The notes under the pieces: model-generated
Told to the model about the DNA's origin: nothing
Database searches by the model: none
The model's input: only the letters and a program-made list of their open reading frames with translations
Position numbers and translations under genes: made by a program
Origin: Intrasporangium sp.
GTDB taxonomy: Bacteria; Actinomycetota; Actinomycetes; Actinomycetales; Dermatophilaceae
NCBI RefSeq assembly: GCF_040414665.1
Contig: NZ_JBEDUL010000010.1
Span: forward strand, 10,491-74,490
Length of the DNA: 64,000 bases
Direction: 5' to 3'
Shown here: in pieces, positions 56,269 to 64,000 of the stretch
How positions within the stretch are numbered: the stretch's first letter is position 1
Layout: each line of letters opens with the position of its first letter

Positions 56269-56855
56269 TGGCCCGCGCCTTCCTCCCCGAGGACGGACGC
56301 TACGTCGCGCTCCTCGATGACACCGAGCGGTTCATGATCCACGGGCTCATGCAGCAGACCCGGATCGTCCTGTCCCCGGAGCTCGAGCCGACGGGGGATG
56401 TCTTCGCGGATGTCGTCGCCTCGATGGGCGTGTCCGTCGCCGCCCAGGACCACGTCGAGGCCGAGGAACGGGATCCGGCGCTCGACCGGTTGCTGCCCGA
56501 TGCGCACCGCGGCGACGACAAGGTCGCTGCAGAGTTCCGACGCCTCACCGAGGAGGGACTGCGGCAGCGCAAGAGCGCGAACCTCGACGTCGCGATGGAG
56601 CGGCTCGCCGCAGCATCGGATGACGAGGTGGCGCTCGACGAGGCGGAGGCACCGGCGTTCCTCATGGCGTTGACCGACGTCCGCCTCCTGCTGGGTGAAC
56701 GGATGGGCATGCGGACCGAGGAGGACGCCGAGCGCCTCCACGAAGCCATGGAGGTCATCGACGACGACGATCCACTCGGCTATGCGATGGCCTGGTACGA
56801 CTTCCTCACCTGGCTCCAGGAGACGTTGACCCAAGCGCTCATGGATGGCGTCTGA
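56265..56855 (+). CDS. DUF2017 domain protein
   Basis: The start overlaps the clpS stop (ATGATG). It is an acidic ~195-aa protein in the conserved position after clpS in Actinobacteria. Confidence 0.7.
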   Translation: MMARAFLPEDGRYVALLDDTERFMIHGLMQQTRIVLSPELEPTGDVFADVVASMGVSVAAQDHVEAEERDPALDRLLPDAHRGDDKVAAEFRRLTEEGLRQRKSANLDVAMERLAAASDDEVALDEAEAPAFLMALTDVRLLLGERMGMRTEEDAERLHEAMEVIDDDDPLGYAMAWYDFLTWLQETLTQALMDGV

Positions 56856-56922
56856 TATCTGTGTGACACAGAGAACGCGCAAGTCGCGGGTGGCCGGGGC
56901 CATTCGCACCTAGGCTCAGTCC

Positions 56923-57690
56923 GTGGAACTCACCATCGTCGGCTGCTCCGGGTCCTTCGCGGGCCCCGACTCGCCCGCATCGTGCTACCTCCTGCGGGCA
57001 GAGGCTGAGGGCCGCACGTGGAGCATCGTGCTCGACCTGGGCAACGGCGCGCTCGGAAACCTCCAGCGTCACATCGACCCGCTCACCGTCGACGCCGTGC
57101 TGATCAGCCATCTGCATGTCGACCACTTCATCGATCTCTGCGGCCTCTACGTCATGCTCAAGTACGTGCCGGGCGGGTCCGGTCGGGAGGACCTCCCGAC
57201 CTATGGCCCGGAGGGACTCGGTGAGCACCTGTCCCACGCCTACGGCAACGAGGCCATCGAGGACGTTCCGGGGATCTTCGAGTTCCGCACCATCCGCGAT
57301 CGGGAGCCGATCGTCCTGGGCCCGTTCACCATCACGCCGGTCGGCGTCAAACACACCATCGAGTCCTACGGCTTCCGGGTCGAGGTGGACGGCCGCACGC
57401 TCGTCTACACCGGCGACACCGATCTGTGTGACGCGCTGACGCCGCTGATGACCGGCGCGGACCTCGTGCTCGCCGACGCCGCCTTCGTGGACGGCCGCGA
57501 CGAGACCCCTGGCATCCATCTCTCCGGCAGCCGCGCCGCCGAGGCGGCCGTCCGCGCCGGGGGAGTGCAGCGCCTCATGCTCACGCACATTCCCTCGTGG
57601 AACGATCCCGACGTCTGCTACGCGCAGGCCGCTGCCGTGTGGCCGGGTGAGGTGGAGGTCGCCAAGCCGGGTGCCACCTACGTCGTGTGA
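56923..57690 (+). CDS. MBL-fold metallo-hydrolase (Rv1339-like position upstream of rph)
   Basis: Metal motif SHLHVDH, and a later GDTD segment. It sits immediately upstream of rph-rdgB, as in mycobacteria. Confidence 0.8.
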   Translation: MELTIVGCSGSFAGPDSPASCYLLRAEAEGRTWSIVLDLGNGALGNLQRHIDPLTVDAVLISHLHVDHFIDLCGLYVMLKYVPGGSGREDLPTYGPEGLGEHLSHAYGNEAIEDVPGIFEFRTIRDREPIVLGPFTITPVGVKHTIESYGFRVEVDGRTLVYTGDTDLCDALTPLMTGADLVLADAAFVDGRDETPGIHLSGSRAAEAAVRAGGVQRLMLTHIPSWNDPDVCYAQAAAVWPGEVEVAKPGATYVV

Positions 57691-57697
57691 CGCGATG

Positions 57698-57713
57698 TCG
57701 TATGCTGCTGAGC
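57698..57713 (+). repeat. Dispersed motif copy M12 (tcgtatgctgctgagc)
   Basis: 14 of 16 core positions match, and it is preceded by ATG. It lies 7 nt after the MBL stop and 88 nt before the rph start. Confidence 0.65.
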
Positions 57714-57801
57714 TCGGTCTTACGTCTTCGTGACGTCGCGCGCAGGCCGGGTCAGCGCGCGGCGCGCGGCCTACCGTTGAGGGATGGCTAGCCTTCAGGG
57801 C

Positions 57802-58554
57802 ATGACTGCCACACGACATGACGGACGTGCCCCCGACGAGACCCGCCCGGTCCGGATCACCCGGGGCTGGCTCGACCACGCCGAGGGGAGCGTCCTCGTC
57901 GAGTTCGGGCGCACTCGGGTCCTCTGCGCCGCCTCGTTCACCGAGGGAGTGCCCCGCTGGCTCAAGGGAAAGGGCACCGGCTGGGTGACGGCCGAGTACG
58001 CCATGCTGCCGCGATCGACGAACACCCGATCCGACCGCGAGTCCGTCAAGGGCCGGATCGGCGGCCGCACGCACGAGATCTCCCGGCTCATCGGACGCAG
58101 CCTGCGCGCCGTCATCGACACGAAAGCCTTGGGGGAGAACACGATCATCCTCGACTGCGACGTCCTGCAGGCCGACGGCGGGACCCGGACGGCCGCCATC
58201 ACCGGCGCCTACGTGGCACTGGCCGACGCCGTTGCGGATGCCCGGGCACGGGGCCTGATCGGCAAGAACGCGAAGCCCCTGACGGGGTCGGTCGCGGCGG
58301 TGTCGGTCGGCATCGTCGGCGGGCAGGCGGTCCTCGACCTCGACTACGAGGAGGACGTGACCGCTGGGACGGACATGAACGTCGTCATGACCGGTGACGG
58401 CCGCTACATCGAGGTGCAGGGCACCGCCGAGGGCCAGCCGTTCGAGCGAGCCCTTCTCGACGAGCTGCTCGAGCTGGCCGCCAGGGGATGTGCAGACCTC
58501 ACCACCGCACAGCGCGCGGCTCTCGACTCGGGTGGCGAGGGGGCGGCCTCATGA
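57802..58554 (+). CDS. rph: Ribonuclease PH
   Basis: [19 protein letters not shown]..., [14 protein letters not shown] and [22 protein letters not shown] 57802 is preferred over 57784. Confidence 0.93.
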   Translation: MTATRHDGRAPDETRPVRITRGWLDHAEGSVLVEFGRTRVLCAASFTEGVPRWLKGKGTGWVTAEYAMLPRSTNTRSDRESVKGRIGGRTHEISRLIGRSLRAVIDTKALGENTIILDCDVLQADGGTRTAAITGAYVALADAVADARARGLIGKNAKPLTGSVAAVSVGIVGGQAVLDLDYEEDVTAGTDMNVVMTGDGRYIEVQGTAEGQPFERALLDELLELAARGCADLTTAQRAALDSGGEGAAS

Positions 58555-59183
58555 CGAAGGTCGTCCTCGCCACGCGCAACCACCACAAGGTCGAGGAGCT
58601 GCGCGAGATCCTCGCGGACGTCTGCGGCGAGCTCGACCTCGACATCGTCGGTCTCGACGAGTTCCCTGATGCACCCGACGTCGTCGAGGACGGTGTCACG
58701 TTCGACGAGAACGCGGTGCTCAAGGCGACATCGGCCGCGGAGACGACGGGGCTACCGGCGCTCGCGGATGACTCAGGGCTTGCCGTCGACGTGCTCGGAG
58801 GCGCGCCTGGCATCTTCAGCGCCCGCTGGTCCGGGAGCGCGGGGCCGGGAGCCGACCGGGCGAATCTCGAGCTGCTGCTCGCACAGCTCGGCGACGTGCG
58901 CGAGGAGCATCGGGGCGCGGCGTTCGTCTGTGCGGCCGCACTCGTCCTGCCGGATGGACGGTCCGCGGTCGAGACGGGCCGCTTCCCCGGCCGGGTCGCT
59001 CACGAGCCCCGGGGGACCGGCGGCTTCGGCTACGACCCCATCTTCGTCCCCGAGGAGCAGCCGGCTCCGGGCGAGTCGCGCACGCTCGCGGAGTACTCAG
59101 CGCAGGAGAAGAACGGTGTCTCACATCGGTTCCGCGCCTTCCGGGCGCTGGCGCCGCAGCTGAGGGAGCTGCTCCGCCCATGA
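58551..59183 (+). CDS. rdgB: Non-canonical purine NTP pyrophosphatase (XTP/dITP diphosphatase)
   Basis: [18 protein letters not shown] ... FGYDPIFVP ... [11 protein letters not shown]. The ATGA start overlaps the rph stop. Confidence 0.92.
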   Translation: MTKVVLATRNHHKVEELREILADVCGELDLDIVGLDEFPDAPDVVEDGVTFDENAVLKATSAAETTGLPALADDSGLAVDVLGGAPGIFSARWSGSAGPGADRANLELLLAQLGDVREEHRGAAFVCAAALVLPDGRSAVETGRFPGRVAHEPRGTGGFGYDPIFVPEEQPAPGESRTLAEYSAQEKNGVSHRFRAFRALAPQLRELLRP

Positions 59184-60751
59184 GCTCGGCCAGCCCGACG
59201 GCACGCAACCCGGTCGCGAGCAGACCACCTGCGACGCAGCCGGTCCCGGCCTGGGCTGCTGCTGCGCACGGTCTTGTCGCCGGGCTGCTCACCGTTGGGC
59301 TCAGCACCCTCATCGCGGCGATCCTCGGGTGGCTCGGCGGGACCAGCGGCCAAGCCGCCCCGATCGCAGCGGTCAGCAGCGCGTTCATCGACCGCACCCC
59401 ACCGTGGCTGAAGGACCTGGCGATTTCGGCCTTCGGCACGAACGACAAGCGGGCCCTCCTGGTCGGGGTCGTCATCGTGCTCGCCGTCCTCTGCGCCGTC
59501 ATCGGCATCCTCGCGCGTACGAGGCTGACGGCGGCGCTCATCGCCTTCGGCGTGCTCGGGGGGGTCGGCGTCGCCGCGGTGCTCTCGCGGCCCGAAGCCT
59601 CGCTCGCCGACGCCGTTCCAACGGTGCTCGGTACCGCCGCGGGGCTGTGGTTCCTCAGCCGCGGCACCCGCTCGGCCGCGGCGACGGGCGCCGACAACCC
59701 GGCGCGACGCCTCCTGCTCGGGGCAGCGGTAGGCGGCTCAGCGGCATACGTCGGCTGGTTCCTCGGCGGCGACTCGGCGGCGGCCACGGCCTCCCGGGAG
59801 GCGATCGCCCGCGAGCCCGCCCGGGCAACGAAGATCCCGGTGCCGGCGGGCGCCGACCTCAAGGTCCCGGGAGCGACCCCGTTCGTCGTGCCCAACGACG
59901 ACTTCTACCGGATCGACACCGCGATCATCGTGCCGCGGCTGAACGCCGACGAGTGGAGTCTCCGGGTCACGGGCATGGTGGAGCGGGAGGTCGCGCTCGA
60001 CTGGAACGCCTTGCAGGACAAGCCGATGCACGAGGCGTTCGTGACGCTGACCTGCGTCTCCAACGAGGTCGGTGGGGACCTCGTCGGCAACGCCGTGTGG
60101 ACCGGCTGGCCGGTGCGCGACCTGCTCGCACAGGCCGGCCCGCTGGCCGGGGCCGACATGGTGCTCCAGACGAGCGCCGACGGGTGGACGTGCGGGACGC
60201 CCCTGTCCGCCATGACAGACGGCCGCAACGCCCTGCTCGCCGTGCGCATGAACGGTGAGCCGCTCCCGTTCGAGCACGGCTTCCCGGTGCGGCTCGTCGT
60301 GCCGGGCCTCTACGGCTTTGTCTCCGCGTGCAAGTGGGTGACCGAGCTGAAGGTGACGACCTTCGCGAAGGACGTGGGCTACTGGACTCCGCGAGGATGG
60401 TCGGCCGAGGGGCCGATCAAGACGTCGTCACGGATCGACGTCCCCCGATCCGGGGCCACGGTGCCGGCGGGCCGGGTCGCGGTCGCCGGTGTGGCATGGG
60501 CGCAGCACCGGGGGATAGCCGAGGTGGAGGTTCAGGTCGACGACGGTCCGTGGACGCCGGCACGGTTGGCGGCCGACGCGAGCATCGACTCATGGCGCCA
60601 GTGGGTCCTCGACTGGGACGCGACGCCGGGCAGTCACACGCTTCGCGTGCGCGCGAGGGACCTGACCGGCGCGCTGCAGTCCGCCGTCGCACGACCCCCG
60701 GCGCCCAACGGGGCGGAGGGCCTGCACACGGTGACCGTGCGCGTCGACTGA
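59180..60751 (+). CDS. Membrane-anchored molybdopterin-dependent oxidoreductase (sulfite-oxidase/MsrP-like fold)
   Basis: An N-terminal multi-TM region is followed by a Moco domain with LTCVSNEVGG (Mo-ligand Cys) and a C-terminal Ig-like domain. The ATGA start overlaps the rdgB stop. Confidence 0.8.
   Translation: MSSASPTARNPVASRPPATQPVPAWAAAAHGLVAGLLTVGLSTLIAAILGWLGGTSGQAAPIAAVSSAFIDRTPPWLKDLAISAFGTNDKRALLVGVVIVLAVLCAVIGILARTRLTAALIAFGVLGGVGVAAVLSRPEASLADAVPTVLGTAAGLWFLSRGTRSAAATGADNPARRLLLGAAVGGSAAYVGWFLGGDSAAATASREAIAREPARATKIPVPAGADLKVPGATPFVVPNDDFYRIDTAIIVPRLNADEWSLRVTGMVEREVALDWNALQDKPMHEAFVTLTCVSNEVGGDLVGNAVWTGWPVRDLLAQAGPLAGADMVLQTSADGWTCGTPLSAMTDGRNALLAVRMNGEPLPFEHGFPVRLVVPGLYGFVSACKWVTELKVTTFAKDVGYWTPRGWSAEGPIKTSSRIDVPRSGATVPAGRVAVAGVAWAQHRGIAEVEVQVDDGPWTPARLAADASIDSWRQWVLDWDATPGSHTLRVRARDLTGALQSAVARPPAPNGAEGLHTVTVRVD
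59736..59751 (-). repeat. Dispersed motif copy M13 (reverse; acgtatgccgctgagc), inside the Moco CDS
   Basis: 15 of 16 core positions match. It is antisense to the gene, where it is read as GSAAYV. Confidence 0.6.
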
Positions 60752-60761
60752 GGGCTCCCCG

Positions 60762-61160
60762 TCAGGGGTCCGTCGCTCCTCCACCGACGATCGCCTCCGC
60801 CTCGATCTCGACGAGGAGGTCGGGGTGGATGAGCGCCGAGACCTCGAGCATGGAGGCGGCGGGCCGGACGTCCCGGAAGATCTCACCGTGCGCTCGGCCG
60901 TACTCCTCCCACCGGGAGATGTCGGTGACGAACATCCGAGTGCGGACCACGTCGGCCGGCGTGGCGCCGAGCTCGGCCAGGGCAGCGATCACGATCTCGA
61001 GCGCCACCCTGGTCTGGGTGTAGGGGTTCCCGGCGCCGACGACCTGTCCGTCCCGGACGGCGGTGGTGCCGGACACGTGGACCGTGTCGCCGACCCGAAC
61101 CGCACGTGAGTAGCCGACGAGGTCCTCCCATGGACTGCTCGTGCTCACCCGCTCCCGCAT
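60762..61160 (-). CDS. RidA/YjgF family protein
   Basis: 132 aa, with YSRAVRVGDTVHVSGT ... VRTRMFVTD ... EIEAEAIV. Confidence 0.85.
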   Translation of the reverse strand: MRERVSTSSPWEDLVGYSRAVRVGDTVHVSGTTAVRDGQVVGAGNPYTQTRVALEIVIAALAELGATPADVVRTRMFVTDISRWEEYGRAHGEIFRDVRPAASMLEVSALIHPDLLVEIEAEAIVGGGATDP

Positions 61161-61229
61161 GCCGTCAGCCTAGGCAACTAGGCTGGGCCCCGGCGCCCAA
61201 GGTCAGGGGAGCCGCCAGACATGCGGTAG

Positions 61230-61310
61230 GCGGACGTGGTGGAACTGGTAGACACGCAGGATTTAGGTTCCTGTGCCATCGGCGTGCGGGTTCGAGTCCC
61301 GCCGTCCGCA
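61230..61310 (+). tRNA. tRNA-Leu (anticodon UAG)
   Basis: Acceptor stem GCGGACG/CGTCCGC, anticodon stem CAGGA/TCCTG with loop TTTAGGT, a long variable arm and T-arm GCGGG-TTCGAGT-CCCGC. CCA is not encoded. Confidence 0.9.
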
Positions 61311-61342
61311 CTCCAGTGAACGATCCCGACGAAGGAGACCCC

Positions 61343-61816
61343 GTGAGCGACCGACTCGAGCCGGGCGACCAGGCCCCCGACTTCACGCTTCCCGACGACA
61401 CCGGCGCATCCGTGAGCCTTCGTGACTTTCGCGGCCGGAAGGTGATCGTCTACTTCTACCCCGCAGCGATGACGCCGGGCTGCACGAAGCAGGCCTGCGA
61501 CTTCAGCGAGTCGCTCGAGTCGCTCCGGCGGGACGGCTACGAGGTCGTCGGGATCAGCAAGGACAAGCCGGCCAAGCTGGCGACGTTCCGCGAGCGTGAC
61601 GCGCTGACCATTCCCCTGCTGTCCGACGAGTCCCTCGACGTCCACCGTGCCTACGGCGCCTACGGCGAGAAGAAGCTGTACGGCAAGACGATGGAGGGCG
61701 TGATCCGCTCGACGTTCGTCATCGACGAGGACGGCGTGGTCTCGCACGCCCTGTACAACGTCAAGGCCACCGGTCATGTCGCGAAGCTCCGACGGGACCT
61801 CGGCATCGCGGCCTGA
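61343..61816 (+). CDS. bcp: Thiol peroxidase Bcp (peroxiredoxin)
   Basis: GDQAPDFTLPDD..., and YFYPAAMTPGCTKQACDF carrying the peroxidatic Cys. The GTG start has GAAGGAG upstream. Confidence 0.9.
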   Translation: MSDRLEPGDQAPDFTLPDDTGASVSLRDFRGRKVIVYFYPAAMTPGCTKQACDFSESLESLRRDGYEVVGISKDKPAKLATFRERDALTIPLLSDESLDVHRAYGAYGEKKLYGKTMEGVIRSTFVIDEDGVVSHALYNVKATGHVAKLRRDLGIAA

Positions 61817-61873
61817 CGCCTGCTGGGACCTGCCGGGACTAGAGTCGACACCAGCCTGCCGAAAGGACGCGTC

Positions 61874-62131
61874 ATGACCGACACCGCACGGATCGAGAGG
61901 GACATCGAGGCCGCTCGGGCCCGCCTCGAGGGGACCGTCAACGAGCTCGCCTACCGGGCGCAGCCCCAGGTCATCGCGCAGCGCCAGGTGCAGAGCCTCA
62001 AGCTCCGCCTCAATGAGGCGACGCACACGCCCGATGGCAGCCTCCGGGTCGAGCGGGTGGCGGCGGCCGCGGCCGCCGTCGTCGCCTTCGTCGTCGTGGT
62101 CGGACTGCTTCGCCGCCGCCGGCGCCGCTGA
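61874..62131 (+). CDS. DUF3618-like small protein with C-terminal TM anchor
   Basis: IERDIEAARARLEGTVNELAYR, followed by a hydrophobic tail and RRRRRR. Confidence 0.65.
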   Translation: MTDTARIERDIEAARARLEGTVNELAYRAQPQVIAQRQVQSLKLRLNEATHTPDGSLRVERVAAAAAAVVAFVVVVGLLRRRRRR

Positions 62132-62160
62132 CTCCGGCCCACCCGGCGACCAGCACCCAC

Positions 62161-62508
62161 ATGGCCAAGAGCACGTCGACGAGCGGGTCGGCAGCGTCCA
62201 AGCTGCCGATCCGCATGCTGCACGACCGACTCCTCGTCAGCCTCGAGCGCGAGGGTGAGCGTCGCAGCGGCGGCGGCATCCTCATCCCTGCGACGGCGTC
62301 GGTCGGCCGCCGGCTCGTCTGGGCCCAGGTCGTCGCCACCGGTCCGAACGTCAGGCAGGTCCAGCTCGGGGACCGGGTCCTCTTCGATCCGGAGGAGCGG
62401 GCCGAGGTGGAGCTGCAGGGAAAGGACTACGCGCTGCTGCGCGAGCGGGACATCCACGCCGTCGCAGCCTCCCGCATCGACGACGGCCAGACCGGCCTCT
62501 ACCTCTGA
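62161..62508 (+). CDS. GroES/Cpn10-family co-chaperonin paralogue
   Basis: IRMLHDRLLV...GGILIP...WAQVVATGP...GDRVLF... matches the Cpn10 pattern. No groEL is adjacent. Confidence 0.75.
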   Translation: MAKSTSTSGSAASKLPIRMLHDRLLVSLEREGERRSGGGILIPATASVGRRLVWAQVVATGPNVRQVQLGDRVLFDPEERAEVELQGKDYALLRERDIHAVAASRIDDGQTGLYL

Positions 62509-62521
62509 CCGGGGCCGGACG

Positions 62522-64000
62522 TCAGTCGATGAGCTGCCCGGATGGACGCTCGCGCCGACGGTCCAGCGCCTTGATCGCCTCGACGACGAGGAAGATGACG
62601 AGGGCGAGCACCGAGGTCAGCGCCCACTCGCGTACCCCGATCGGAGCGACGCCGAACAGCACCTGCAGCGCTGGTACGTAGAGGAAGACGAGCTGCAGCG
62701 CGATCAGGGCGAGCGCCGACCACCACAGGGCGCTGTTGCCGCGCAGCACGTCGAGGGTCAGGCTCGAGCGGTCGAGGAACCGGCAGCTGAACAGGTAGGC
62801 GAGCTGGCCCAGCGCCAGCATCGTCACCGCTGCGGCCTGGGCGCCGGGCAGAGCGACGCCGTGGCTCTGCTCGAAGGCGAACACCGCCCAGGTGGTGCCG
62901 CCGATGAGTACCGAGACGAGCAGGATCCGCCGGAGGAACGCTGGGGTGAGCAGCGGCGCGCTCGGGTCTCGTGGCGGACGCTCCATGGCGCCGGGTTCGC
63001 GAGGCTCGCTCGCGAGGGGCAGCGACAGGGTCACCGAGGTGACCATGTTGATCCACAGCACCTGGGTCGGCTCGAGGGGCAGCGTCTGGCCCAGGAGCAC
63101 GGCGGCGATGATCACGAGCGACTGGGCGCCGTTGGTGGGCAGCAGGAACAACACCGCCTTGCGGATGTTGTCGTAGATGCGACGACCCTCCGCGACTGCT
63201 TGCTCGATGGTCGTGAAGTTGTCGTCGGCGAGGACGACGTCGGCTGCCTCCTTGGTGGCCTCCGTGCCCTTGATGCCCATCGCGACGCCGACGTCGGCCT
63301 GGGTGAGCGCCGGCGCGTCGTTGACCCCGTCGCCGGTCATCGCCACGACCTCCCCGTGTGCCTGCAGGGCGCGCACGATGCGGAGCTTGTGCTCGGGGCT
63401 GGTGCGCGCGTAGACGTGCACGTCGCGCACGACCTCGCGCAGTCGGCCGTCGTCCATCGCCTCGAGCTCGACCCCCGTGAGGGCAGGCGCCTCGTCGCCG
63501 GTGACGATGCCCATCTCCTGCGCGATCGACACCGCGGTGCCGACGTGGTCGCCGGTGATCATGGTGACCGCGATGCCCGCCGCGCGCGCCTCGGCGATCG
63601 CGTCGATCGCCTCGGGCCGGGGCGGGTCGACGATCCCGACGATACCGAGGAAGGTCAGGTTCCGGGGGCCCTCTGCCTCAAGGGAGTCCATGGCCGGATC
63701 GGCATCGGCGCGGGCGGCGGCCAGCACCCGAAGGCCCTGCCCGCCGAGAGCTGCGACCTCGGCGTCCCAGAAGTCCGGGTCATAGGGCTCGAGCCCGTCC
63801 GCGGCTCGTTGATCGGTGCACCGGGCCGCGATGGCGTCGATCGCCCCCTTGACCAGGACGTGACGGGCACCGGCCGGGTCCTGCACGAGCGTGGCCATGT
63901 ACTTGGTCGCCGACTCGAACGGGATCTCCGCCAGGCGCCGCCAGCCCTCGCCGTCGACGCCCGATTTCCGACCCAGCACGAGCACCGCTCCCTCGGTGGG
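62522..64000 (-). CDS. Cation-transporting P-type ATPase, C-terminal part (5' end outside window)
   Basis: VAMTGDGVNDAPALTQADVGVAMG hinge motif, TEGA(V)L in the N-domain at the window edge, and C-terminal TM helices. The frame is open to position 64000. Confidence 0.9.
   Translation of the reverse strand, partial: PTEGAVLVLGRKSGVDGEGWRRLAEIPFESATKYMATLVQDPAGARHVLVKGAIDAIAARCTDQRAADGLEPYDPDFWDAEVAALGGQGLRVLAAARADADPAMDSLEAEGPRNLTFLGIVGIVDPPRPEAIDAIAEARAAGIAVTMITGDHVGTAVSIAQEMGIVTGDEAPALTGVELEAMDDGRLREVVRDVHVYARTSPEHKLRIVRALQAHGEVVAMTGDGVNDAPALTQADVGVAMGIKGTEATKEAADVVLADDNFTTIEQAVAEGRRIYDNIRKAVLFLLPTNGAQSLVIIAAVLLGQTLPLEPTQVLWINMVTSVTLSLPLASEPREPGAMERPPRDPSAPLLTPAFLRRILLVSVLIGGTTWAVFAFEQSHGVALPGAQAAAVTMLALGQLAYLFSCRFLDRSSLTLDVLRGNSALWWSALALIALQLVFLYVPALQVLFGVAPIGVREWALTSVLALVIFLVVEAIKALDRRRERPSGQLID

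Overview
This is a very GC-rich chromosomal segment that reads as actinobacterial. The evidence is the tmRNA tag ANSKRTDFALAA, the prfB-ftsE-ftsX-smpB-ssrA neighbourhood, and murI/rph/rdgB and clpS/pncAB blocks of mycobacterial type. Almost everything is coding, and GC3 bias separates real frames from the many long antisense ORFs in the track. From left to right the window holds these blocks. (1) A Tad/Flp pilus locus (tadA partial, tadB, tadC, pilin-like gene, 2 TadE-like, TadG-like). (2) An MFS transporter, a GT1 glycosyltransferase, prfB, ftsEX plus a coiled-coil M23 peptidase, and smpB. (3) A 12-kb block between smpB and the tmRNA gene: CWB2 wall protein, DUF2207, GH15, K+ channel, LigD PE+Pol, pyruvate carboxylase. 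(4) Thioredoxin, SIMPL, VanZ, a DEAD-box helicase, yqgE, murI, DUF3039 plus an SF2 helicase, and a 5'-nucleotidase. (5) A tyrosine/homogentisate catabolic cluster (lrp, hppD, fahA, hmgA, iclR). (6) pncA/pncB, clpS, an MBL hydrolase, rph, rdgB, a Moco oxidoreductase, ridA, tRNA-Leu, bcp, a GroES-like gene and a partial P-type ATPase. Two things stand out. The first is a self-contained five-gene operon (45.3-54.0 kb) that joins a nucleotidyl-cyclase/STAND/TPR protein to a desaturase-like flavoprotein, a polyprenyl synthase and two unassignable proteins sharing a module. The second is a dispersed, non-palindromic 16-24-nt motif (CCGTATGCCGCTGRGC) present 13 times. Most copies lie next to gene starts, and complementary pairs bracket the tmRNA gene and two gene cassettes. 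No CRISPR array, transposase or integrase was seen.
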